Positions 37,681 to 46,843 of a DNA stretch of 64,000 bases are shown here, piece by piece. How positions within the stretch are numbered: the first letter of the stretch is position 1; every line of letters begins with the position of its first letter. This DNA is from Actinomycetes bacterium. GTDB taxonomy: Bacteria > Actinomycetota > Acidimicrobiia > Acidimicrobiales > RAAP-2. Where the stretch lies: positions 1,702 to 65,701 of the forward strand of contig JAJYAC010000003.1 in NCBI GenBank assembly GCA_021779735.1, in the 5' to 3' direction. The position numbers and the translations under genes are program-made. The notes beneath the pieces were generated by a model. It saw nothing but the letters and a program-made list of their open reading frames with translations. It had not been told where the DNA came from and did no database searches.

Positions 37681-38502
37681 GTGGACGCTCGGCACTTTCT
37701 CGACATGCATCGAGAGGACGACTCCACGTGGCGCTTTCGCGTCACCGAACGACTGATCACGCCGGGTCAGTTCCTCTTTGGCGGCTGCGGGTTGGCCGCC
37801 GGGCTCGTCGCGCTCGAGGAGGCGTCCGCTCGGCCCACCGTGTGGGGCAGTGCGCAGTACCTTTCGCACGCGCCCCTCGGGGCCGACGTCAGTGTCGTCA
37901 CCGAGCTCGTCGTCGAGGGTCGCCACGTCACCCAGGCGCGCGCGGTCGCGCGCGCGGAGGGCCGCGAGGTCCTCACGGTGAACGCTGCCCTCGGCACGGG
38001 AACCCTCAGCGCCGACGCCCCCTGGGTCGAGATGCCCGTCGTCCCCGCGCCCGAGGACTGCCCGCCACGACAGCTGCCGCGCGGCATGGGCGAGTCGATC
38101 TTCGAGCACGTCGACGCCCGCGTCGCCCTCGGAACCCCCTTCGAGAAGCTCGACGGCACGCCGGGTTCGGCGCACTCGGGCATCTGGGCGCGGGTGCCCG
38201 GGCACTTCGAGCCCTCAGCTGCGACCCTCGCGATCTTCGGCGACTACGTTTCCGGCGGCGCGAGTCAGCCCATGGGGCGGCGCACCATGGGTCGCAGTCT
38301 CGACAACACGCTACGCGTGGTGGCCCTCGAGCCCACGGAGTGGGTTCTCTGCGACATCCACATGCACGCCCTGGCCAACGGTTTCGGACAGGGCACCGCG
38401 TACCTCTGGAGCGAGCGCGGCACCCTGCTCGCCACCGCCAGCCAGTCGATCGCCGCGCGGCTCTGGGACACTCCCCTCGAGGGGCCCACGTCGGCACGGT
38501 AG
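37681..38502 (+). CDS. TesB-like double hot-dog acyl-CoA thioesterase
   Basis: FLFGGCGL, SLDNTLR, LWSERGTLLATASQ. Confidence 0.82.
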   Translation: MDARHFLDMHREDDSTWRFRVTERLITPGQFLFGGCGLAAGLVALEEASARPTVWGSAQYLSHAPLGADVSVVTELVVEGRHVTQARAVARAEGREVLTVNAALGTGTLSADAPWVEMPVVPAPEDCPPRQLPRGMGESIFEHVDARVALGTPFEKLDGTPGSAHSGIWARVPGHFEPSAATLAIFGDYVSGGASQPMGRRTMGRSLDNTLRVVALEPTEWVLCDIHMHALANGFGQGTAYLWSERGTLLATASQSIAARLWDTPLEGPTSAR

Positions 38503-38514
38503 ACTGGTTTCCCT

Positions 38515-38591
38515 GGGGCTATAGCTCAGTCGGTTAGAGCGCGTCACTGATAATGACGAGGTCGTAAGTTCGATTCTTACTAGCCCCACCA
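38515..38591 (+). tRNA. tRNA-Ile (GAT)
   Basis: GGGGCTATAGCTCAGTCGGTTAGAGC-GCGTCA-CTGATAA-TGACG...GTTCGATT...TAGCCCCACCA. Confidence 0.97.
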
Positions 38592-38715
38592 CGAGGGATT
38601 CGGATAAAGGTCCCTCAACCGTTCGGAAAAACATTTGGACAAAGACGCGCGCGGTTGGGCGCGGACCTGCTCGGACGTTTTCGCAGTGGCCGGCCCCCGG
38701 CCAAACTGCGACAGC

Positions 38716-38991
38716 TCAGGGGTCACGAGTGATCGCACGGACATCAATCTCCGCGCACGCCTCATCTCTCTCTTCCCACAGGATCAGCCAGACTCCCTCG
38801 TGGTGGAAGACCGTGATGCCCCAGCAGCCGATGTTCTGAAACCGCCGGCGCCGGCATCGGGCATCCAGCGGATCGGCCTCGAGCATGTCGAGAGCGGTGT
38901 TGATGCGCCCAAGGAGGTCGTGTCGGCTGGGGGTCTCCTCTAGTTCATCCAGGAGGTCGTTGGCCTGGTCGGAGAAGTAGAGAATCGCCAC
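38716..38991 (-). CDS. Putative RelE/ParE-fold toxin
   Basis: 91 aa: I.FSDQA..LL..L, I..AL..LEADP, C-terminal beta-strands. Lies downstream of an antitoxin-like gene. Confidence 0.55.
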   Translation of the reverse strand: MAILYFSDQANDLLDELEETPSRHDLLGRINTALDMLEADPLDARCRRRRFQNIGCWGITVFHHEGVWLILWEERDEACAEIDVRAITRDP

Positions 38992-39006
38992 GAAGAGGGG
39001 CGCGAC

Positions 39007-39255
39007 TCAGTTGCGGGGAGAGCCAGATCGGTCCCGGCGCTTCAGCGTCTCCGGGTGCTGGCGGCTCTGTTCGATCGCAGCCATAAGACCCGCATCTTGA
39101 AGGAGCTTCTTCTCCGTCTCCGTGATTACTGTGGCGGGCTCCAGCACGATGACTCCACCTGGCTCGGCATGGGCGATGTACTGGTCTGCCGTGGCGAGGG
39201 CCCCAAGAGACAGTCGTCCCCGCTGCTGATTGGTGACCAAAATGGGCTGTGTCAT
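39007..39255 (-). CDS. Putative AbrB/MazE-like antitoxin
   Basis: 82 aa: RGRLSLG...Y......GVIVLEP swapped-hairpin pattern, then helical tail LL.DAGLMAAIEQS. Confidence 0.55.
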   Translation of the reverse strand: MTQPILVTNQQRGRLSLGALATADQYIAHAEPGGVIVLEPATVITETEKKLLQDAGLMAAIEQSRQHPETLKRRDRSGSPRN

Positions 39256-39288
39256 GACATCCACTGTATCGGCTGGGCCAAGCCCGCG

Positions 39289-39339
39289 CAAGGGTTCTGC
39301 CCGCCCAAGGGTTCTGTCCGCCCAAGGGTTCTGTCCGCC
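39289..39339. repeat. Three tandem 17-bp direct repeats CAAGGGTTCTGYCCGCC
   Basis: Units at 39289, 39306 and 39323, one mismatch in total, no spacers. Confidence 0.9.
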
Positions 39340-39609
39340 ACTGGGTATCTCAGTCCTGACATGGTGAGAAAGGGTCGTTCCTTGGTGACGAAACTGGCTC
39401 GCCCTGGTGAAGGAGTTGAACTCGGCACTGAGCTAAGAGCTCGCGATCAGGTACTACATACTTTGTCCGACCTCCCCACCACGAGGGACTTGGACGAATG
39501 GGCCCAATCCGTTTGGACAAACGTTTCTTAAGGGGAGAACTCGGCGCCAGCCTTGATGTCGCGCGTCGCGGTCCACGACTCTGCCCGCAGATCTCAGGAG
39601 GCGACCCAT

Positions 39610-39966
39610 TCAACCCGGACTCGGGCGCGCCCGTATGAGTTGAATCACCTCGTCACGCTGGAAGCCCTGCCGACGAGCGAAGTCGAGCAGTTCATCGACT
39701 CGACCGATCACCGCCCCGCGCTGCGGTGTTCCGACGACCCTCACGCCACGTCCACGAGTGAAGTCGAGCAATCCTTCGTCGCGCAATTCGTGGAGTGCGC
39801 GGATCACCGTGTTCTTGTTGACCTCGAGGATTGCCGCAAGATCGACGGCCGGTGGCAGACGTTCACCCTCTACGACCTCACCCTCGGCGATTGCTCGGCG
39901 AATCTCCGCCGCCACCTGTTGATAGACCGAGACCGTGTCGTGCCTATTGACATCGCGGAATCTCAT
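39610..39966 (-). CDS. GntR-family (YtrA-like) regulator
   Basis: VYQQVA..IR..I..G....GERLP....LA..L.VNKNTV.RAL..L, RGRG, short C-terminus. Confidence 0.88.
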   Translation of the reverse strand: MRFRDVNRHDTVSVYQQVAAEIRRAIAEGEVVEGERLPPAVDLAAILEVNKNTVIRALHELRDEGLLDFTRGRGVRVVGTPQRGAVIGRVDELLDFARRQGFQRDEVIQLIRARPSPG

Positions 39967-39968
39967 AG

Positions 39969-39985
39969 TACTATCTGAAATAGTA
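39969..39985. promoter_or_regulatory. Putative GntR/YtrA operator
   Basis: Inverted repeat TACTAT-N5-ATAGTA in the AT-rich 43-bp gap between divergent genes. Confidence 0.6.
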
Positions 39986-40009
39986 TCAAATTTCGACGGC
40001 GGAGGTTCG

Positions 40010-41359
40010 ATGGCGACGGTTCATTCTCCCCAGCGCGAGGCGCCACCGTTCGCCGACGATGAGTTACTGATCCGAGAGGCACGTCGTCGTGCCAGGCGCC
40101 GACGCTGGATCATCTCGTTACTCATTTTTGCGGTAGTGGCCGCAACGATTCTGCTCGTGACTGGTGGCCAGAAGCGTGGACCAAACGCGAACGTCCACCT
40201 GCGCACGCCTTTTTCGGGACCAGCCGACGTGGCCAGCACCAAGACCACGCCGTCGTCGCTCATACTTCCCGGTCAATCGGTCGTCTCGACGACGCCCGTG
40301 GGGGGCGAGACCATGTGGGTCTTCACTTCCGATCAATCCGGCCGACCAGGCTCAGGCCAAGGCATCGAGTGGACAAACGACGGTGGTCGCCGTTGGCGCA
40401 ACGCAACCCCCACCGGTATGAACCGCGTCTCTGCGACGACGGCCATTGGGCAACTCGTGGCGATCTCGCCAACCGATGCGTGGCTAGCGGGGGGTCCCGC
40501 GACTCTCACCGCGTCCCCGCGGGGATACGTGTGGGCCACGACTGACGCGGGACGTCACTGGGCTCGCAAAGGTGCCTTTCCCCTCGTTGGCTGCCAACTC
40601 GCGTTCTGGAACACCCGCGATGGTGTCTGCACGCAATCCTGGGGAGCGGGTGGAGCGGCACCACTGGCGGTGGCGGTCACTCACGACGGCGGCAGCAGTT
40701 GGCGACTCGTCTTTGACAACACCAAGAGCTTCGGCGGCAGCGACGTCGTCGACCGCGGACTGCCCTTTGAGTGCGACAAGCAGCTCTCTCTCACGCCGCC
40801 GAGCACGCTGTGGGCGAGGTTCTGGTGCAACGCCTCCCAAGCGATGCTCTATCGCAGTGACAACTTCGGACACACGTGGTCGTCCGTGAACGTCGCCCAA
40901 CCCACGCCACTCGTGTCCGGCGGGTACGCGTTTAGTGGCCCCATCGTCATGTCGGGCCGGCGAGGCGCGACGACGCTTTTCTACGGCGACACCACACTGA
41001 TCTACGCAACATCCGATGGGGGACGCTCGTTCTCTCCGGTGTATCCCCCGAGCCCCCCGCATCTGTGGACCGCTGACGTCATCTCTCCCACGAGGTGGCG
41101 CCTCTCCTGGCACCAAGAGATCATCGCCACCAATGATGCGGGCGCTACGTGGTTCAGCCTGTCCGGCAACGCCTTCACGGCACCCTCACTACGCCGACTC
41201 TCTAGCACCTACGACGCGTCTCCGGCGAGTCTCTCGCTGACGGACGGTCGCTTCGGATGGGCGACGTGGGGAGTCAAGAATGGCGTCGCCGTTCTGGCCA
41301 CGCGAAACGGTGGCGCGACGTGGCACCAGGTGTTGATTTCAGGTACCGGCGCGGCGTAG
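40010..41359 (+). CDS. Membrane-anchored BNR/Asp-box beta-propeller protein
   Basis: Repeated T.DGG..W boxes (TNDGGRRW, TTDAGRHW, THDGGSSW, SDNFGHTW, TSDGGRSF, TNDAGATW, TRNGGATW). N-terminal EARRRARRRR plus TM helix. GGAGG RBS. Confidence 0.8.
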   Translation: MATVHSPQREAPPFADDELLIREARRRARRRRWIISLLIFAVVAATILLVTGGQKRGPNANVHLRTPFSGPADVASTKTTPSSLILPGQSVVSTTPVGGETMWVFTSDQSGRPGSGQGIEWTNDGGRRWRNATPTGMNRVSATTAIGQLVAISPTDAWLAGGPATLTASPRGYVWATTDAGRHWARKGAFPLVGCQLAFWNTRDGVCTQSWGAGGAAPLAVAVTHDGGSSWRLVFDNTKSFGGSDVVDRGLPFECDKQLSLTPPSTLWARFWCNASQAMLYRSDNFGHTWSSVNVAQPTPLVSGGYAFSGPIVMSGRRGATTLFYGDTTLIYATSDGGRSFSPVYPPSPPHLWTADVISPTRWRLSWHQEIIATNDAGATWFSLSGNAFTAPSLRRLSSTYDASPASLSLTDGRFGWATWGVKNGVAVLATRNGGATWHQVLISGTGAA

Positions 41360-41882
41360 ACGACGGACAACGCGAGGCACGATTCGAGAGTGGAGTAGCC
41401 CTGCTGTGGCAACTGGAATCTCGAAGCGTCGCCAACTCACAGTGACCATGAAGCGCAGTGAGGTGGTGATTGAAGAGTCGATGGTGAGAAAGTCGATGGC
41501 GGTCTGTGCCAGCCACACGGAGGTGAGTGGGCCGCACCGTGGTGAAGGACGTCGCGAGTCTTGGTGATCAACGAGAACACTGCTGGCGAGATACGGCGTC
41601 CGTACCACTTGGTCCGGTGACTCTGACCAAGAGTTCTTGCCCTTATCCGAATTTCTCACGACGAGGCAATCGGACAAGTGGAACCCCAAGCCAAACACCG
41701 CCCATCACCCGGCCGGGCCGAACGGCGGCGACACGCCGAGAACGTACGCGTATCGCGAACGTCGATCATGTGGGGCATGTCGATCGCGGCGTGGCCCACG
41801 CACCGACAGTCATCGTCACCCCTCGCACCAGAACGCAATTTCGAAGTCACCGCGTGGGCCCAAGTGGTGGAGACTATCTGTC

Positions 41883-43121
41883 GTGAGACAGCCACTCAGT
41901 CGAGACACCCGCCTCCTCGTGACCGGCCAGGCGGTGCGCGGCCTTGGCTATGGTTTCACCGCAGTCGTACTCGGCGATCAGCTCGCCGCACGCGGCGTCG
42001 GGGCCCTCGAGGCGGGCGTCCTACTCGCCTCTCTCATTGCCGGCAGCGCCCTCATGTCCCTCGTCGTCGGGGCGTTCGCCGACCGCTTCGGACGACGCCG
42101 ATCCTACGGACTCTTCTTTCTCGGCGTAGCTGTCGCGGGAGTGATTCTGGCGTCGGATCCGCCGACGTGGCTGTTCTTCGTCGTCGCACTCACCGGCACT
42201 CTCTCGACCGACGTCGTCGACAACGGTCCGGCCACGACGTTGGAGCAGGTGATGCTGGCCACCGAGGATGGCGGCACCGGGCGCGTCTACGGGTGGTACA
42301 ACGCCGCGGGCGCGGCCTTTGGCGCCCTCGGGGCCCTCGGAGCCGCGAGTGTGCACCTCGGGTCCTCGGTGAGAGGAACTCACGCCATGCTCTTTGGCGC
42401 GCTCGTGCCCGTCGGACTCGTCGGCGCCCTCGCCGCGTGGGGACTCTCGCGCGCGGTCGAGGTACCGAGGCTCGCCAACGCGCGAGTTGGTCGAACACGC
42501 CTAGGACCCTCGCGCCACGTCGTGCACCGACTTTCGGCGCTCTTTGCCGTCGACGCCGCCGGTGGAGGTCTCGCGACCGCGAGCTTCCTCTCCTACTACT
42601 TCGTCTCGCGCTACGGCGTCTCGCTGACGGCGCTCGGGTGGCTCTTCTTTGGCGTTTCAATCACCCAGGCGCTCTCGGTACTCGTCGCGCCGCTGCTCGC
42701 GCGCCGATTTGGGCTCGTGGAGACAATGGTGGGTACTCACCTGCCGAGCAACGTACTCCTGGCGGCAATGGCCTTCGCGCCGTCGTTTCGCCTCGCGGCG
42801 GTCCTTCTGATCGCTAAGACCACGCTCTCCCAGATGGACGTTCCCACGCGCCAGGCACTCGTCATGAGCGTCATCACCCCACCGGAGCGAAGTCAAGCGG
42901 CGGCGGTGACTAACGCCGCGCGCTACTCCGTGCGCCCGGTTGCCCCACTCATCGGGGGCGCCTTGCAGTCGCTGGGTCTGGGTGTGCCGCTGCTAGTCGC
43001 GGGCGTCGTCAAGGGCGGCTACGACCTGGCTCTGTGGCGCTGGGCACGGCAACTAGGTCTTCGCTCGCGGGAGATGTCAGCGCGGTCACCCCAACGCGCG
43101 AAGCCCGAGGAGAATTCTTAG
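41883..43121 (+). CDS. MFS transporter
   Basis: ADRFGRRR motif A, MVGTHLPSN, SQMDVPTRQ, 12 TM helices. Confidence 0.88.
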   Translation: MRQPLSRDTRLLVTGQAVRGLGYGFTAVVLGDQLAARGVGALEAGVLLASLIAGSALMSLVVGAFADRFGRRRSYGLFFLGVAVAGVILASDPPTWLFFVVALTGTLSTDVVDNGPATTLEQVMLATEDGGTGRVYGWYNAAGAAFGALGALGAASVHLGSSVRGTHAMLFGALVPVGLVGALAAWGLSRAVEVPRLANARVGRTRLGPSRHVVHRLSALFAVDAAGGGLATASFLSYYFVSRYGVSLTALGWLFFGVSITQALSVLVAPLLARRFGLVETMVGTHLPSNVLLAAMAFAPSFRLAAVLLIAKTTLSQMDVPTRQALVMSVITPPERSQAAAVTNAARYSVRPVAPLIGGALQSLGLGVPLLVAGVVKGGYDLALWRWARQLGLRSREMSARSPQRAKPEENS

Positions 43122-43702
43122 GTGGTGGGGACCCGCGCCCCCTCGACGACGAGGGCGACGAGCTCTCGTGCCGCACCCTCACTCACCGGATAGCCGAGCA
43201 ACGCACGAACGTGGAGCGGATTGACGATCGCTCCCCACACGAGCAGCGGGTCCACGCTCGCGCGCAGCTGTCCGCGCGCGACCGCGCGCGTGACGATGTC
43301 AAGGGCCACGTCGTAGCGCCCGGCGAGGAACCGTCGCGCCACGGTGAGCGCCTCGGCGTCGTCGCTGGCCGCCAGGAACATCGCGCGAAGGATTCGTGTC
43401 CCCGTGGGGCTTCCCAACAGACGAGCCACGCTGACTGCCAGCGTGGACAGGTCGGCCAGCGGGTCGTCGGTGACGGCTAGAGGAATCTCGGCAACCGCGA
43501 GACCCTCGATGGCGCTCGCCACGAGGGCCGACTTAGTGAGGTGGCGGCGGTAGATGGTCGTCTTGTGCACCCGCGCTCTCTGAGCGACGTCTTCGACGCT
43601 GAAGCCATAGCCACGCTCGGCGAGAAGTTCGAGTGTCGCGGCGAGCACCGCGTCGGCGACGGCCGCCCCGCGCCGCTGACGAGGGGCGCCACTAGCGGGC
43701 AC
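43118..43702 (-). CDS. TetR/AcrR-family regulator
   Basis: FSVEDVAQRARVHKTTIYRR HTH. Confidence 0.9.
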   Translation of the reverse strand: MPASGAPRQRRGAAVADAVLAATLELLAERGYGFSVEDVAQRARVHKTTIYRRHLTKSALVASAIEGLAVAEIPLAVTDDPLADLSTLAVSVARLLGSPTGTRILRAMFLAASDDAEALTVARRFLAGRYDVALDIVTRAVARGQLRASVDPLLVWGAIVNPLHVRALLGYPVSEGAARELVALVVEGARVPTT

Positions 43703-44165
43703 GTTCCACCCGCGTCTTGAACGCGTCGTTCATGGCGACGAAGCCGCGCGGCGTGTCACCCGTGAGAAGACGACGCGCGAAGGGAACGAGGGCGCCGGAG
43801 AGCGTCTCGCTCTGGACGAGCTCGCTGCGCGCGTCGTCGAGGGGGCGAATCTCGAAGCGGTGGGCACCATCAAACAGACCGGGCAGGACGAGGTGGCCCA
43901 ACCACGCGAACGAACGGCCCTGGAGCACTTCGGTGACTCGAGGTCGCATGTGCACGCGTCTCCCGCCGAGGGCCAGATCAACATCCAGGCGTTGCCCGGG
44001 AGCGAGGGTGCCGTCGAGTCTCGTGACGAAAGGGTTCCAGTCGGGGTAGGCGTGCGTGTCGAGGAGATCGCGCCACGCGACCTCTGCCGACACCTCCAGG
44101 GTCGTGGTGACGTCAATTGAGACCGACCAGACCGTCGTCGCAACCCTAACCGTGGTGGGACTCAC
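43692..44165 (-). CDS. SRPBCC (polyketide cyclase-like) ligand-binding protein
   Basis: YPDWNPF, WLGHL..PGLFDGAHRF, GFVAMN..FK.R.E. Confidence 0.85.
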   Translation of the reverse strand: MSPTTVRVATTVWSVSIDVTTTLEVSAEVAWRDLLDTHAYPDWNPFVTRLDGTLAPGQRLDVDLALGGRRVHMRPRVTEVLQGRSFAWLGHLVLPGLFDGAHRFEIRPLDDARSELVQSETLSGALVPFARRLLTGDTPRGFVAMNDAFKTRVERAR

Positions 44166-44179
44166 TTGCTCTCCTATAT

Positions 44180-44235
44180 CAACTTGAGTAGCGTTTCACT
44201 CTACCTCGACATTGTAGGAAACGCAACTCAAGTTG
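44180..44235. promoter_or_regulatory. Pair of inverted 18-bp boxes, putative TetR operators for divergent operons
   Basis: CAACTTGAGTAGCGTTTC (44180-44197) and GAAACGCAACTCAAGTTG (44218-44235), 17/18 reverse-complement match. Confidence 0.7.
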
Positions 44236-44386
44236 TGATATGAAGTCGCTTCCCCTCTCAAGAACGCCCCCCAGCTTCCGCTCCACGCTGTGAGCAGGGA
44301 ATTCGCCACACCAGATGTGACCGAGTCCTCTAACACCATGCCGGTCAACGGGCTACCGTCACTGGTGGAAGCGATGCCACTGCGAG

Positions 44387-45328
44387 GTGTCCATGCTGGA
44401 GACACAGAGTCCGACGACCGGAGCGCCGAGCGGCTCCGACGGGGCCGTCGTGCGCTTTGACGGCGTGACCAAGATCTACCGCGGCGGCGGCGGCGTGCGA
44501 AACTTGACTCTGAACGTGCAACCCGGTGAGGTCTTCGGCTTTCTCGGCCCCAACGGGGCGGGCAAGACGACCACGATTCGACTACTGCTCGATCTCATTC
44601 GGCCCTCCGCCGGCACGATCAGCGTCTTTGGCGGCGACTCGCGCCGCGACAGCGTGGAGATTCGCCGTCGCGTGGGATACCTGCCCGGCGACCTCGCCCT
44701 CTACGAGCAGTTGAGTGCGAGAGACGTCCTCTCTCACTTCGCGCACCTGCGCGGGGGCCCCGAGTGGTCCCAGATCCATTCCCTCGCCACCACCCTCGAG
44801 CTCGACCTCGATCGACCGATTCGCAGCCTCTCGCGCGGCACGCGTCAAAAGGTGGGGATCGTGGCGGCATTGATGGGCGAACCCGACCTCCTCGTCCTGG
44901 ACGAACCGACGTCGGGGCTCGACCCACTCGTCCAGCGCCAGGTCCACGACATGCTGCGCGCCGCCGCCACCGCGGGACGCAGCGTCTTTCTGTCCTCGCA
45001 CGTGCTCTCCGAGGTCGCCCAGGTCGCCGACCGCGTCGGCCTCATCCGCGACGGCGAACTCGTCACCGTGGAACGCGTCCTCGACCTGCGCCAGCGCGCG
45101 GCCCACCTCATCGACGTTCGCCTGCGCCAGGAGCCCTCGCGAGACGCGTTCGCGTCGTTGCCCGGGGTCACCGTCTGCACGGTTTCGGGCCGCGACGTGC
45201 ACCTGGAAGTGACCGGCGACTTGCGACCGGTCGTCTCGGCCATCGCCGCGAGCGATCTCGAAGACCTCTCGGTGCGAGAGCCGAGCCTTGAGGAGGTGTT
45301 CCTCTCCTTCTATGACAACGCCTCCTGA
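44387..45328 (+). CDS. ABC-2 type exporter ATP-binding protein
   Basis: GPNGAGKTT, LSRGTRQK, LDEPTSGLDP, SSHVLSEV. Confidence 0.9.
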   Translation: MSMLETQSPTTGAPSGSDGAVVRFDGVTKIYRGGGGVRNLTLNVQPGEVFGFLGPNGAGKTTTIRLLLDLIRPSAGTISVFGGDSRRDSVEIRRRVGYLPGDLALYEQLSARDVLSHFAHLRGGPEWSQIHSLATTLELDLDRPIRSLSRGTRQKVGIVAALMGEPDLLVLDEPTSGLDPLVQRQVHDMLRAAATAGRSVFLSSHVLSEVAQVADRVGLIRDGELVTVERVLDLRQRAAHLIDVRLRQEPSRDAFASLPGVTVCTVSGRDVHLEVTGDLRPVVSAIAASDLEDLSVREPSLEEVFLSFYDNAS

Positions 45329-46148
45329 ACTCCAAGTCGACGCCGGTCCGACGCGACTGCGCACGATCTTCGCGCGGGCCCTGCGCGAGGAGCGCGGTGC
45401 GCTGATTGGCTGGACTATCGGCATCGTCGCCTTTTGTCTGGTGATGCTTGCGATGTATCCCACCGTGCACGGCAACGCGGGTTTCTCCAAGCTCCTCGAC
45501 GCCTACCCGGAGGCGCTGCGCAAGCTCTTCCAACTCCAGGACTACACGACCGGTGCGGGCTACTTGCGCACGGAGGTCTTCTCCTTCGTCGCGCCGCTGC
45601 TGCTCACCTTGTTCGCGGTGCTGTGGGGATCGGACCTCACCGCGGGAGAAGAGGAGCGGCGCACCATTGACTTGCTGCTGGCCAATCCGATCTCGCGGCG
45701 ACGCTTCGTCTCCGAGAAGTGGCTCGCCCTCGTCGTCGGCACGATCGTGATCGCGGCGGCACTCGAGGGCGCCCTCGGCGCCCTCGGTCCCCTCTTCAAG
45801 CTGCACGTCGCGTGGTCGGCCCTCACGGCCGCGGTGCTGGGATCGTGGCTCTTCGCCGTGGCCTTCGGCACGTTCGCCCTCGCTCTAGGCGCGACGACGG
45901 GTCGCCGAGGAATCGCGCGCGGTGTGACCACGACCATTGCGCTGGCGTCGTATCTGCTCGCGACCTTCTCCCAGCTGGTGTCGTGGTTGCGTCCGGTGCG
46001 AAACCTCTCACTCTGGCAGCACACGCTGGGCGTCGACCCCCTCGGCACCGGCTTTCACTGGTGGCGACTCGGACTCGTCGTCGCGGTCACGCTCGTCTTT
46101 GGCGCCTTCGCCCTGTGGTCATTCGACCGACGCGACCTCGCGACCTAA
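45312..46148 (+). CDS. ABC-2 type exporter permease
   Basis: AGEEERRTIDLLLANPISR, C-terminal FDRRDL, six TM helices. Confidence 0.88.
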   Translation: MTTPPELQVDAGPTRLRTIFARALREERGALIGWTIGIVAFCLVMLAMYPTVHGNAGFSKLLDAYPEALRKLFQLQDYTTGAGYLRTEVFSFVAPLLLTLFAVLWGSDLTAGEEERRTIDLLLANPISRRRFVSEKWLALVVGTIVIAAALEGALGALGPLFKLHVAWSALTAAVLGSWLFAVAFGTFALALGATTGRRGIARGVTTTIALASYLLATFSQLVSWLRPVRNLSLWQHTLGVDPLGTGFHWWRLGLVVAVTLVFGAFALWSFDRRDLAT

Positions 46149-46664
46149 CTACGCACCCGTCACTCCGGGGGCCAGCAATCGCGTGGTGGTGCTCGCCTCG
46201 CGCGTGCACACCGAGATGACGAGCGCAAGGTACGTCGGCCTCACGAAGGGTGCGAGCGACACGATCACGCCGTGGGCCACCCGCGGCTGGCACGTCGCGC
46301 GCGAGTAGTTCCCCGTCTCCGAGACCCCGAAGCCGACGCTCACGGACTGACCGTGGGCGAGCACGTGACGTACCGGCATCTCACCCATGCTCGTGTTGCG
46401 TGCGCTCGGGCCCAATGCCCGTCGCGTCGTGTCGACCGGCTGAATTGCGGGAACGCCCCAGATCGCGCACTGGCGGGCCCGGTTCGTCATGACGATCGGG
46501 TAGTAGATGGTGCCCGCGGCGCCGTTGGGTCGACCCAGCGAGAGCGACATCTGGGCGGGCACGCACGAACCCGCGACCGCGCTCGCCGAGGCGCTGAGCG
46601 ACGGGATGATGAACGTCGCGCCAGCCACCAAGACCGACGCGACGAGACGAGTGAGACGGATCAC
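46149..46664 (-). CDS. Secreted DUF4232 domain protein
   Basis: Signal peptide, C...Q.SLSLG..NGAAGT.Y..I..TN...C...G.P motif. Confidence 0.75.
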   Translation of the reverse strand: MIRLTRLVASVLVAGATFIIPSLSASASAVAGSCVPAQMSLSLGRPNGAAGTIYYPIVMTNRARQCAIWGVPAIQPVDTTRRALGPSARNTSMGEMPVRHVLAHGQSVSVGFGVSETGNYSRATCQPRVAHGVIVSLAPFVRPTYLALVISVCTREASTTTRLLAPGVTGA

Positions 46665-46843
46665 AATCCCTCCTTGGGTAACGCCTATCACTGTCCGTCG
46701 CCGCGTCGGACTTACCGCCTCGTCTGGGGCGTACGGCCGACGTCGTCACCGAGACCTCGCCAGTCGCGAGCCCTTAGCATGCAAGAGAACCGGTTCCGGT
46801 CGGATGGGGGCGAGCCGCTCAGAGCCAAAGCAAAGGAGACGTC

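Larger units (their letters stand above)
38584..39526. mobile_element. tRNA-Ile-integrated mini-island remnant bounded by degenerate direct repeats
   Basis: 38584-38636 and 39474-39526 align ungapped at 40/53, with the first 15 bp (CCCCACCACGAGGGA) identical and starting in the tRNA 3' end. No integrase seen. Confidence 0.6.

Noticed and set aside
39289-39339. Possible CRISPR array
   Set aside because: Repeats are contiguous 17-mers with no spacers, and no cas genes are in the window.
39553-39978. 141-aa plus-strand ORF
   Set aside because: Antisense to the clear GntR gene.
46787-46796. GAACCGGTTC palindrome upstream of the DHA2 pump
   Set aside because: Single short palindrome with no adjacent regulator, so not enough support.
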